Below, one piece after another: positions 14,017 through 24,986 of a DNA stretch of 64,000 nt. This DNA comes from Auanema rhodensis (Eukaryota > Animalia > Nematoda): contig OZ059900.1 in the NCBI GenBank assembly GCA_964057225.1, positions 26,288,001 through 26,352,000 of the forward strand. Direction: 5' to 3'. Numbering within the stretch: position 1 is the first letter of the stretch; each line of letters begins with the position of its first letter. A program made the translations under genes and the position numbers. The notes under the pieces are model-generated. The model was not told where the DNA came from. It saw only the letters and a program-made list of their open reading frames with translations, and searched no databases.

Positions 14017-16361
14017 TTAATGTTTATTGTTCAATATCACAGGTTAAGACAAGTAGCTGTTAAGTAATTGAGAGAAAAAATTAAGAACCATTCAATAAGA
14101 ACATGAAAAAAGATAAGAGCTCGCTTATTTAAGATCAATAGTGAACAGTCCGCCAAATAAAATTCTTGCTGTATGCATGGGGTTTGTTCAGCACAATGGC
14201 TGACCTCACTAATGTGGTTGTTAGGTACGGTGGTACTCGTGATCTGAGGCAAGCCCGTTCTAGCAATTTGGAGGTAACTAGCGCCCGATCCGTATGACTA
14301 ATGTCTATAGGAATAGTGACGAAGTAACAAGAGTTCAGAAGGGACGAAGAAAAATAAATGGTGGACTGTTGCCATGTGGTCGTAAACAAGTGTAGAAGAG
14401 TACGAACTACAAATAAAAAAAAGCCTGATAAAAGAAAACAAAAAAGATTTTTGAGGGGTGAGAACATTATCTACAGTATTTGGTTTACAAATCTATTGGA
14501 GCAGAGAGAAAGTGTTTCTTGAAATTATGAACATTAGTAAGGTTGACAAGGTTTTCAGGTGAATCGTTCCAAGTTTTGATGCCTCTGTACTCGATACCAT
14601 TCCTTGTCGCATTTTTCCGAAGATCAGGATAGTCGATATTCCATTGGTGTCTGCGAAGAGAGTGTCTGAAATGTTTAGCTTGAAAAATTCTTGAAATACT
14701 GTCAGTTGATACGTTTTTAATTTGAGAAAAATAAAAACCTAGATCAGTTACCTGTCTTCTGGTTGATAGTTCTTGAGCATTCAAAAAAGTGAGCTGACTT
14801 TTGTAGTCTGAAAAAATTCCTGCTCTTGAGAAGACTGCTCGTAGGAATTTTTTCTGAACCATCTCAATACGAGATATTTTTTTGGATACTTGAGGAGACC
14901 ATATCACGGATGCATATTCAAGGATTGGTCGGACGTAGCTGCAGAAAAGGTTAAACATGAATGAAGGTGACCTAGAGTGAAAGCAGCGTAGAAGGATGCG
15001 ACATTTAAGGGCTGCGCGGCGCAACTGATGGCGTTTATGTGACTATCGAATGTCAGATTGTAATCAGTTAGAACACCAAGATCTCTATAATGGGGTACAA
15101 AATTCAAAGGAAACTCACCAAAGGTAAATGGCTCAGTGGTATTAAGGGTTGAGCTATTGTTGCAAACTATCATAATTTTGGATTTGGTGGTGTTGACCAT
15201 CATTCCATTATTTTTGCACCAAGCGTTGATTGTGTTTAAGGCAATCTGTAGACTTACCGGATTAGTACTGTATAACTTGAGATCATCGGCAAAAAGTGTA
15301 GGATGAACATCTTCAGGGAGAGAAGACGTAATGTCATTAATGTAGAAGAGGAATAGGAGAGGACCCAAAACAGTGCCTTGTGGAACACCACAAGATAAGT
15401 TAACAGAAGTGGAGAAAGAACCATTGACAAGAACTGAGTAAGATCTACCAGTGATAAAGTTTTTAAGGAAGGTTCGAAGAGAACCGCAGATACCAATAGT
15501 TTTAAATTTGTGAAAAAGAACCGAGTGATCAATTAGATCAAAAGCTTTAGAGAAGTCTATGAAAGCAGTATAGACTGGTATGTTTTTATCTAAACATGAT
15601 CTCCAAGCAATATGATTGTTAATGATTGCTGATATGGTATTACGTTTAGGAAGAAAAGCGTGTTGGTGAGCAGATATAGATCCAGTTGAAATGCCAAAGT
15701 GGAGAAGTGGAGGTGAGATGAGTCGCTCAAAAACTTTAGAAAGACTTGGTGTTAATGAGATAGGTCGATAATTTGAAGGATTAGAGCGATTTCCGGATTT
15801 GAAAACAGGACGGATCCAAGCTTTCTTCCAGTCCGGAGGGCATGAAGAAGAAACAAGTAGATTATGAAAAATAAAGGCAAGTGGGTAGCAAAGAGTAGAG
15901 GCGCACTGATTGAGAAAGTAGTAGGGAATGCCGTCAGAAAAAGTAGAGACTCTAAGAGGAAGATGAGAAAGAACTTTATAGACTTTTTCGGGAGAAATGT
16001 CTATAAAATCAATGATAGAAGAAGGGCAAGAGGAGGTGTTGATTAAATCAGATGAAGTACTTGGTTTGACAGAGAAGGAGCCTGCAAAGATGGAAGCTTT
16101 GTCTGTGTCTGTGGACTATACTTCTTTGCCACATCTGATCGTGGGGATATCTGAAGAGCATCCACCGAGACGAGTTCTACAGAAGCGATAAAAAAGTTTG
16201 GGGTTATTGGTTGAAGCAATGTGTTCTTCTTCCAAAATAGACTTTTGTTTAATAAGTCTGTCCAGTTTAATAGTTAGTTTTTTTGCGGAGGAGCTCGTCA
16301 CGGTGGCAGATGGATGAACTAAGTCTTTTGATGTAACAGTAGAGATCTGCGATATTGCGGT
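14017..16361 (-). mobile_element. 5'-truncated, decayed CR1/L2-like LINE inserted in the 175-bp satellite
   Basis: Minus strand encodes PSNYRPISLT, FIDFSKAFD, GVPQGTVLGPLLF, LFADDLKLY, YVRPILEYASVIWSP; frameshift near 15020; AATAAA at the 3' end; satellite on both sides. Confidence 0.9.
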
Positions 16362-16512
16362 CATGACTTTGAAATTTACGTGAACTTTAATTTATGCTAA
16401 TTAAATGTACACGTGATGTGCTCTTGGTATGTAACTCGCTTCACGTGAAAGATAAAGAGATGCGGTTTTCAAAATTAGATTCCTTCATGCCCATATTAGT
16501 CTAAAAACAAAT
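16362..16512. repeat. Final partial monomer of the 175-bp satellite
   Basis: Matches the monomer sequence. Confidence 0.95.
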
Positions 16513-16532
16513 TACAATTACAAATTTAAACA

Positions 16533-18410
16533 TCCATTGTGGATATGGCACCGAGTTGCCTCTTTAACAAGGTTGTATTGGTTTTTAAAACCAATTTTTC
16601 TCCATCCATAACGAGTCCGCGAACCAGTCGCTCTATACTTTCAAAGTTTACCACTGACGCTGCCGTGTGGTCCAACGTCTGAAAATTATAAAATTATTTG
16701 AAAAGTTAAAGCTCGTACTTACCACTCCCTTTGCCTTTGTTACATATTTTACATCACCAGCTGCATTTACAAGTTTATAACTATAAACTTTTGCCGCTGG
16801 TGACACAAACTTGGTCATTGGATATATTTCACGGTTTATCAGCCTAGACACCAAGAAATGTTTGACAAAGCGTGAACCATTATGCGCTATCAAAATTGCA
16901 TTATCATTCTCAACAGAGTTGAGTAACCAATCAAGGAAACGATCTGTTACAGACCATTCACTATCACCTTGTTGATACCCAAAATGGCCCTCCTTGGTTG
17001 TGCATTTTTCGCATGAATTGGCATCTATACAACTTTTACAAAATTTGTTATACACAACGATATTGGGCCATTGTTCATCTGCATATTCATGAACATTTGT
17101 ACCGTTTTTTAACACAACCGTTTCAAAGTCATAAAATATAATCTTAAACAAGTAAGTATTACACTTGTAAAGATGTTAAATACAAACCTTGTATTTTTCT
17201 TGCCTCTTTTTTAACTGATCCTTCTTCTTGTCGTTAGGTGGTACCCAACAACAAGAATAATCTTCAGGCTTTGTTTGCCCACACTTTTTGCAAAATTTCT
17301 CATTGCAATTGTGTGGTCTATCAGCACGTACTCTGTGATAACGATCACAGTTTTCACATGTCTGAATTTAGTCTTGTATAATTTTATATATATTTTTTAA
17401 ATTACCTTAAACATTTGACATGTTTTTCTAATATGCCTGTCAAAGCATTGACGAGTTTTAAACAAAACTCTACAACTATCACATCTTATGCTACTTTCAA
17501 CCACATTTTCCATCGAATTACATTTTAAGGTGTGGCATTTCTTACACTTGGCTTTACATCTATGCAACACTGTTTTGTAAGAAAAGTTGCAGTGTTGGCA
17601 TATAATACCATCAAAAAGCTGTGATCTACTACAAGTTGTAATACAGTCATAATGATTATTTCGGTAGCTTAGTGTTACCACTTTGCTAGCCGTTTCATTA
17701 AAGATACGGTGAATAGCGTACATACGCTGTCCAGGTGGCCTAGCGTATACTACAAACTTATAGTCTGTATTACAACTTGCAATAATATTTAAATGGTTCA
17801 AATTATAATTTGGTAAATGTACAGAAATACCACACCTATTTAATAAATTGATATGATGTGGTTGATTTGGCAACAAGATGTAGTTGCGACGAAGATTTTG
17901 AATCCTCCGCTTCTCAATTACATCTTCTGCTGCCTCTTCATCGGCTTTCCACATTCCCACAACTGCTGCTCTAGCCAGGCAATGTGTATCAGTGTTCTCA
18001 ATTGTGCCAGGTATTTTGAGTTCGGCATCAAAATAGAAACCAACTCTACCTTCACCAGTCATCAGGCTTGGCTGCACTGGTCTCTCATCAAACACATACA
18101 TTTCAATATTCATTGCCTGGCTAATTACAGCCTCTCGCTTTGATTGCTGCACCTTGCTGATGGCATTCATAATGGCAACGCCATCCAAATGCTCCCTTCT
18201 ACGGAAATCCATAAATATGGATCCCTTTTCGAAGGATGGGTGCTCTATTGATAAACAAAATAGTGCTTTTTGTTTATCTGGCACACCACTTTCAGCAAGG
18301 CACCGATCAAGGAACTCATTAAATAGCCGCGGCATGACAACATGCATTGGCTCATTAATATTTTCCAAATGTGGGAATGTGAGCGATCTAACGACCACGC
18401 TGGGTGGTTC
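16533..18410 (-). pseudogene. Maverick/Polinton protein-primed DNA polymerase B, internally deleted copy
   Basis: Cys-rich N-terminal region, YDFETV (ExoI) and IAHNGSRF (ExoII) joined directly to FVSPAAKVYSY/KAKG; ~940 bp of the right-arm copy is missing. Confidence 0.85.
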
Positions 18411-19675
18411 TCGAGGAGTGTTAAGTCTACTTTTATTCTCTATTCTTTCATTTTGTCTTTTAAAACATACGTTTGCCGTATGTCCTTTTTTATTACAGTA
18501 CACACAATTAATTTCATTATTATTGGTGTTTCTCACTCTTCTCTCATCGGAGATATGTGGATAATGTTTCCGGCTCAAGTTTTGTTTCTGCTCGGATTCA
18601 ATGGATTGATTGATTGAACGAGTTAACTTATTTCGTTCACATCTGAGGGCGATTTGTTTTACTTTTTCGTAAATTTCTTCGTCCTCCTCATCCTTTATTT
18701 TTTCAAGGATGGAAACTCCACAAGAACAGTTACAAAGTTCTTGGTACAGTTTAATAGCTCTTTCGAACAATAATAAACCAGGAATCAAATCTGGATTAGC
18801 CAGTTGAGTTAGTTTTTCTAACTCATCGCAGTAATTTACCAACGACTGGGATCTATTCCATTTTAAACTTTTCAAGTTTTCAGTAGCCTGCATCTTCCTT
18901 GTCTTTGTGAAACGGTTGACTCTCTACGTAAACTGTTCACTATGACATCTAAGGAACTTTGCTTTATGGCTTCAGGTAACTCTCTGTAGCGGTTTCTGAT
19001 CTCGCCTTGGAGTTTATTGAGGAATAAAAGTTTTTTTTCACGTTGAGAAAAAACATCATCTGGGTATTTATAGTTAAATCGTTTTGTGAAATCAACGAAT
19101 TCACTATACGATCCACCCATATAAGCCGCAACCTCAGGTAATAACTGGGCTTTTATGAGTTTTGCAACATCATTGAAGGACTCACCTTGATAACTGCACT
19201 CTTGGCTGAAGTTTTCTTTTTTTCTTTTTAAGCTTTCTAGCTGTAAAGAAGAAAAAGATTTATTAAGTTTAAAATCCGTTAACGAACCTTTTTGACTATC
19301 TGTAATTGACAGATTCATAATTTTTTCATCGGTTACTTGTTCAACCTGTAAAAAATTATGTTTAACATTATGATTAATCAAATTTTCAATTTTAATCAAA
19401 ACATTATCTTTGTTAGAATCACAGATTTTGTGGATCTGATTTAACAAATCAATCTCTTTTTGAAAACTTTTTATTTCAGAACTAGAAATTTTTAAACTCT
19501 TAGCTATTTTAGCTAGATTTTTCTCGGCATCGACTCTTGGTCTACAACCGGTTTTAGTATGATTTAAAATCGAACTTTGAGCAAAAGATAAAATGTTTTC
19601 TATATTACTCTTAAATTTATCAAAATTAAAAGGTAGTCTTACCTCGTTTATCTCGTTATCCAGTTCCTCACTCAT
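18411..19675 (-). pseudogene. LTR-retrotransposon gag (Gypsy/Cer-like) with CCHC knuckle, fused in frame to the pPolB N-terminus
   Basis: ORFs 18872..19675 and 17397..18893 are split by a 1-nt loss (right arm GGAAGAATGCAG, left GGAAGATGCAG); CVYCNKKGHTANVC zinc knuckle; PBS upstream. Confidence 0.75.
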
Positions 19676-20072
19676 GATGGAGTTATAGGCAATGACTGTT
19701 TGTCAACTGGAAACAAAATTATTAGTTTTCTATACGAAAAAATAATTTAAATTATTGTCAAAAACAATTCTATACGAACAATGACAAAAAATTTTGATTT
19801 CTTCTCGCAATCAAAGGTGAAAGTTTCAACTCTCTCAAGTTTCTCCGAAAAAAAATTTTGTTAACACCTAATCAGTGTTTAGCAAAATTTTTTTTGTTTT
19901 TTCTCTTTTTTTTTTCACCAAAAATTTTATGAAAAAAAAAATTCAGAAAAAAATCGGAAAAACCCTATACGGGAGAGTTGTGACTAAATCACCAAGAGCT
20001 ATACGCTCAAAAATCGGTTAAGAAACTATACGTTTCCCTATTTAACAAAAAAACAATCAATCGAGCAGAGAA

Positions 20073-20087
20073 CCGGTTCGGCCCCCA
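20073..20087 (-). promoter_or_regulatory. tRNA-Pro primer binding site (copy 1)
   Basis: Reverse complement is TGGGGGCCGAACCGG, complementary to the nematode tRNA-Pro 3' end (...CCGGTTCGGCCC-CCA). Confidence 0.8.
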
Positions 20088-20364
20088 AGTCAAAAGACTG
20101 TATTGAAAAATCCAGATATGCATAAATCTATGCCAATTAACCTCTTAGTTAAATCTTCATGCATCTTTGAAATTATCTTGCTGCTTGTTAGCACTTCAAC
20201 ACCATTACTGTATACCCTAATCTAATCAGCACTCTCGACAATGCGGTTCTGATACTGTGAGAATATAACACTCTTCCGCTTAAACAAGAGTGCTGTATAT
20301 GAGATATGTGAATAAAGGTTTACTTTATCACCAAGCGCATGACATGAATCAATTTTTTCATACC

Positions 20365-21045
20365 TTTCGAAAGGGGGGTCCGGGGGTCACCCCCGGATCT
20401 CAAAGCTTATTTATATCGAGAAAACCTACGATATATAGGATCTATAACATGTTTTCAGTACTTTCGGAATGTACGAGAGAATAATAAGGTATATATTGTT
20501 ATGTGTAAAATATAATATTGTATATCTCAGCCTTTTTGGTAGTAATTAAAATATTCTGATTTGAGTATCTCTCTTTTATTATCGCATACGATTCCTGAAA
20601 TGAATGAATTGTGATAATCATACCACTCTTGAGATGATATATAGATTGTGGCCATACGAGTTTTGATGTATAACATTCTGATAATCATACCACTCTTAAG
20701 ATGATATATACATTGTGGCCATACGAGTTTTGATGTACAACATTCTGATAATCATACCACTCTTAAGATGATATATACATTGTGGCCATACCGCGTAACC
20801 ATGTGAACAGTAAATTGACTTTATAGTATTTGAATCAGAAGAAAGCGGGGGTGTGGGGGCGGCCAGCCCCCAATCTTAATTAAAGCATACGATTCCTGAA
20901 ATGAATGAATTGTGATACTAGAACCACACTTAAGATGATATACACATTGTGGCCATAGCGCGTAACCATGTGAACACTACATTTTCGTGATAGTATCTGA
21001 ACCAGAAGCAAGCGGGAGTGTGGGGGCGGCGAGCCACCACCATGT
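20365..21045. repeat. Repeat patch with 68-bp tandem units and GGGGGTGTGGGGGCGG...CCCCC hairpin motifs
   Basis: GATAATCATACCACTCTT at ~20612, 20680, 20748; duplicated block 20584/20885; G/C hairpin motifs at ~20372, 20846, 21012. Confidence 0.6.
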
Positions 21046-21060
21046 TTCTGAATCTCGCTT

Positions 21061-21098
21061 GCCTAAGCCTAAGCCTAAGCCTAAGCCTAAGCCTAAGC
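21061..21098 (-). repeat. Interstitial telomeric repeat (TTAGGC)6
   Basis: GCCTAA x6 joined to a truncated copy of the retrotransposon leader. Confidence 0.95.
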
Positions 21099-21207
21099 CC
21101 TATACGGGATAGTTGTGACTAAATCACCAAGAGCTATACGCTCAAAAATAGGTTAAGAAACTATACGTTTCCCTATTTAACAAAAAAACAATCAATCGAG
21201 CAGAGAA

Positions 21208-21222
21208 CCGGTTCGGCCCCCA
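21208..21222 (-). promoter_or_regulatory. tRNA-Pro primer binding site (copy 2)
   Basis: Same 15-mer; 19963-20217 is duplicated at 21098-21357. Confidence 0.8.
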
Positions 21223-21224
21223 AG

Positions 21225-22446
21225 TCAAAAGACTGTATTGAAAAATCCAGATATGCATAAATCTATGCCAATTAACCACTTAGTTAAATCTTCATGCATC
21301 TTTGAATTTATCTTGCTGCTTGTTAGCATTTCAACACCATTACTGTATACCCTATTTAAGAAAGTACTGCTCCTCCAACTTATGAGTGTCTTAGTTTTAT
21401 CAGTCATAAATCCTAAATCACCATAGACCCTGCACAGAAAATCAAAAAGTGTTCACTTTTATTAAGCAGTGTCTGGATTGTACCATCTCCCTTAGTGTGT
21501 AATTCTAGAGTAGCATCATCTATCATCACATTGACTTTGCATATATCAGATCCACTACTGATTTTAGCTCTCCTAGCACATCTAGATGTATATGCACATA
21601 TACATGAATGGATAATAGTGTCTAGTGAGCCAAACCATCCCTGTATTCCACCATTATTAAGTGTAGATATCATCCTTATACCCCTTCTATTGGTTACCAT
21701 CATTATCTTCTTGAAGAAATAACTAATTTCTCGGAATGGAGAGTACTCAAAAAGATCTAATATGATTTCTCTGGTTACATCATCACCAGACCAAGTCTCA
21801 CGAACTTTATTACCATATTTGCTGTTTTCACCTTAGGCGCTATATCTGATATTATTACCCATTCCCCTTCTGGCCTTATTAATCCATTACTAGTGAGTTC
21901 CTTAATGTCTCATCTGACTTGCTTCATAAATTTTTCATTAGACATAATAGGCCCTCTCACTATGGTATCCAGAAGTTCATTATTCCTGTGTCTGTGGGTT
22001 GGATCTATCTCCCTTGTAGCTTCTTCTATATTACTACTTATACGGGTAACATCATGTGCATCTAGATATGCAGTATCTGCATAATCTACCCACCTCAGAA
22101 GCTTCTTGAGGCTACATTCACCTAAGTCTTCATCAGGTATAGACACCTCAAGCCCTTGTAATAGTCTTTTCATCCAGGTCTTCTTCTTAACCTTATTATA
22201 GTTCTCAATATGAGGTGTAATGTCCCTGTCGTGGTATCCTTTGGTCTTTAAATGTCTTACCACAGCAACTAATAGATGCTCTTTCATGAACTTTATAAAT
22301 TCATCTCTAGTTTCCTGTTTAAATGGATTTCGAGAATTCATCTTAATATATGTGTTGACATGTAGGTCTTGTATACTACAGTCAGCTGTAGGTAATAAAT
22401 GGTATAGGTAACTAATACCGATCCTATGTCTCTCAGGAAATCCCAG
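21225..22446 (-). pseudogene. Endogenous RNA-virus RdRp fragment (left-arm copy)
   Basis: Reverse copy of ~33003-34320 with its own deletions; keeps a segment (DVTRISSN...NEKFM) missing from the right arm. Confidence 0.85.
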
Positions 22447-23009
22447 TATATTCTTAACAACAAATACTGGATGATTATCAACTACTTTTTGAATAATCAG
22501 AAATATTCTTCCAAAGTCATTTCTCAAAATACTCGAAACACAAAAAGATTTCCATTCTATGAAAATACATATGATATTTCTTAAAACTCCTCAGGTTGAT
22601 CACCATTATGAATTGACTTCAATTCTTCAACTTTTCGACAATATAATGGTAATTTGTTGTTGAATTCTAAGTAAACATTATAACAGTCATAGTTTTATTG
22701 AATTATCGCAAATTTAAACGAGTATTTTGTACTTCCTTGATGAACATCAATTTTTATAAACATCGCTCATTTGAAGACATATCAAAAACAACCAACTACA
22801 ATTTTCTCAATCGAGCAAGTGAAAAAAACGCTGAATATGTCACTCTTCCGGTAAGAATTTCACATATCATCACTTAATAACTAATTTGTGAATGTGATGT
22901 ATTCATTTGACCCACTCTTTTACAAAATTGAATCTATTATTTTGTATGAATATGTGATGTAGTCATTTGATTTCTTGAATAATCTCTAACGTATTTGAAA
23001 GTTATAGCC

Positions 23010-23276
23010 ATGAGATCTATGACTAAGCATAGGACTAAGTCTAAGCATGAGATCTATGACTGAGTATATGACTAATTCAAAGCATGAGATCTATGACTAA
23101 GCATATGACTAAGTCTAAGCATGAGATCTATGACTAAGCATATGACTTAGTCTAAGCATGAGATCTATGACTAAGCATATGACTAAGTCTAAGCATGTGA
23201 TCTATGACTAAGCATATGACTAAGTCTAAGAATGAGATGTATGACTAAGCATATGACTAAGCCTAAGCCTAAGCCT
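23010..23276 (-). repeat. 37-bp telomere-variant repeat ending in (GCCTAA)2-3
   Basis: Unit GACTAAGCATATGACTAAGTCTAAGCATGAGATCTAT; mirrored at 30731-30955. Confidence 0.92.
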
Positions 23277-24177
23277 GCAATGATTCCCTACAAGTTTTGC
23301 AGAGACGAATTGGTCTCATTAATACACTCTTTGGTGGAGTGCTCTCTCTCAGAATCTCCATCTGCTTCATTGGTGAATCTAAATTAAAGATTTAAAAAAT
23401 ACAAGTTAAGGTTCATACCAAAACTTGTAAAATTTGGAGCTGGTGTGGGTGGTCGTGGTACTTCAGGTTCTAGCGATTTGCGTGTAACAGTTGTCACATC
23501 AGCAAGTACAGCACGCTTCATTTCAGCTAAAAATCCAACTTTCTGAAAATCAAGACAAACTTGCAGAGAGGAGCAGTCTATGGCAATTGGCGAAGAGTGG
23601 CAAAAGATGGTGGAACGTCGGATCCTCGAATAGTTGGAGCTGAAATGTAAATGTAGCAAAATTGCCAACCTTTTATACGAAGACTTTTGTAAAGTACAAC
23701 CCATTGTGTTACAATCAAGTTTGCTGATGAAATTCTTTTATTAATTAGATTTTACAGCATATTTATGCAGATATACTCATCTCATCGACAGTTGCCAGCA
23801 GTTATCGCACTCTGAACCTGTAAACAATCTGCATATTAATTAGTTTTTACATCTCTTTAAACATTATTGTTTACCGTTTTTGCCATAAACAACAGTCATC
23901 TCTGTAAAACATTTAGGCTTTTTAAACTTTGCTTAATAGCTCATGTTTTTTTCATAGTTTATTAACCCTCGATATGCGTGGCGTTAAGTTCAGCGCAACT
24001 GTTCGTTAATCTTATTGTATTTACCTTCAATGTGTGCTCTATTTAGTTATTGTATTGTTATATTAGTAAAATAAAGTTTGAAACTATTCCATCTTTTATT
24101 ATAATTTGAAACTTTTACTTGTTACAATAAATATAATTAATAACAAATCGTAATTTCAAAAAATAATAATTTAATGT

Positions 24178-24325
24178 CGTTCTTATCGAATTAACCTTCG
24201 ATATGTGTTCCATTAAATTTTGTATTTCATATCGTTCTTATCGAATTAACCTTCGATATGTGTTCCATTGAATTTTGTATTTCATATGGTTCTTATCAAA
24301 TTAACTTTTGTGTTCCATTGAATTA
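24178..24325. repeat. ~55-bp tandem repeat, ~2.7 copies
   Basis: CGTTCTTATCGAATTAACCTTCGATATGTGTTCCATT repeated. Confidence 0.8.
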
Positions 24326-24932
24326 CCCATAACAAGTACAGTGAACAAAACGATATACATGCAAAAATTTTATTGTTCTTTGAAATTAAAGTAAAATAGA
24401 ACAAACACAATATAATAAAGTAATAAACAAAATGAGTGAACAAACATAATAAATAAACAAATATAATTAATAAATATAATAAATGAAAGAAGAATTATAT
24501 AAAATGTAAAATCAACTTTAAATATTTCAAATTTAAATAAAATTTAAATATTTTTAAATTTATATATTTTTTTCACTTGATATATTTAAAAATTAATTAA
24601 AATATATGCATACATTTGAAAAAGCATATTTGAATTTGATTTGAAAAAAAAGTACGGTGAACAAAACGATATACATGCAAAAATTTCTTGTTCTATTGTT
24701 CTTTAAAATTAAAATAAGATCGAACAAACACAATATAATAAAGTAATAAAGATGAGTTCGCCGAAGTCGGTGGTCGTCGGGGCCGAGGACCTCTCAAAGC
24801 CTTGGGGTGCCATGGCGTGGTACGCGGCGGAGCAGGCCGGGCCGGATGGGAGGGCCGAGGGGTCGCACTGAGTACCAGTGGTCGCGTGGGGAGGGGGGGG
24901 GTAACAAAGTAACTGCCCAGCGGATGAACGTT

Positions 24933-24986
24933 CGCGAAAAGAGCGTGAGCCCCTCACCTGCTTGCGGGGCTCACGCTCTTTTCGCG
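24933..24986. other. Perfect 21-bp-stem hairpin with 12-nt loop inside a GC-rich island (~24757-25035)
   Basis: CGCGAAAAGAGCGTGAGCCCC-tcacctgcttgc-GGGGCTCACGCTCTTTTCGCG. Confidence 0.9.

Larger units (their letters stand above)
16533..23654 (-). repeat. Left arm of a large inverted repeat (pairs with 30352-38251)
   Basis: Near-identical reverse-complement ORFs (e.g. 16648..17151 vs 36687-38135; 21413..21703 vs 33842-34132; 23384..23654 vs 30352..30622); each arm has private deletions. Confidence 0.95.

Noticed and set aside
13964-16414. 53-bp target-site duplication around the LINE
   Set aside because: Flanks are satellite monomer, so a duplication cannot be told apart from a target deletion
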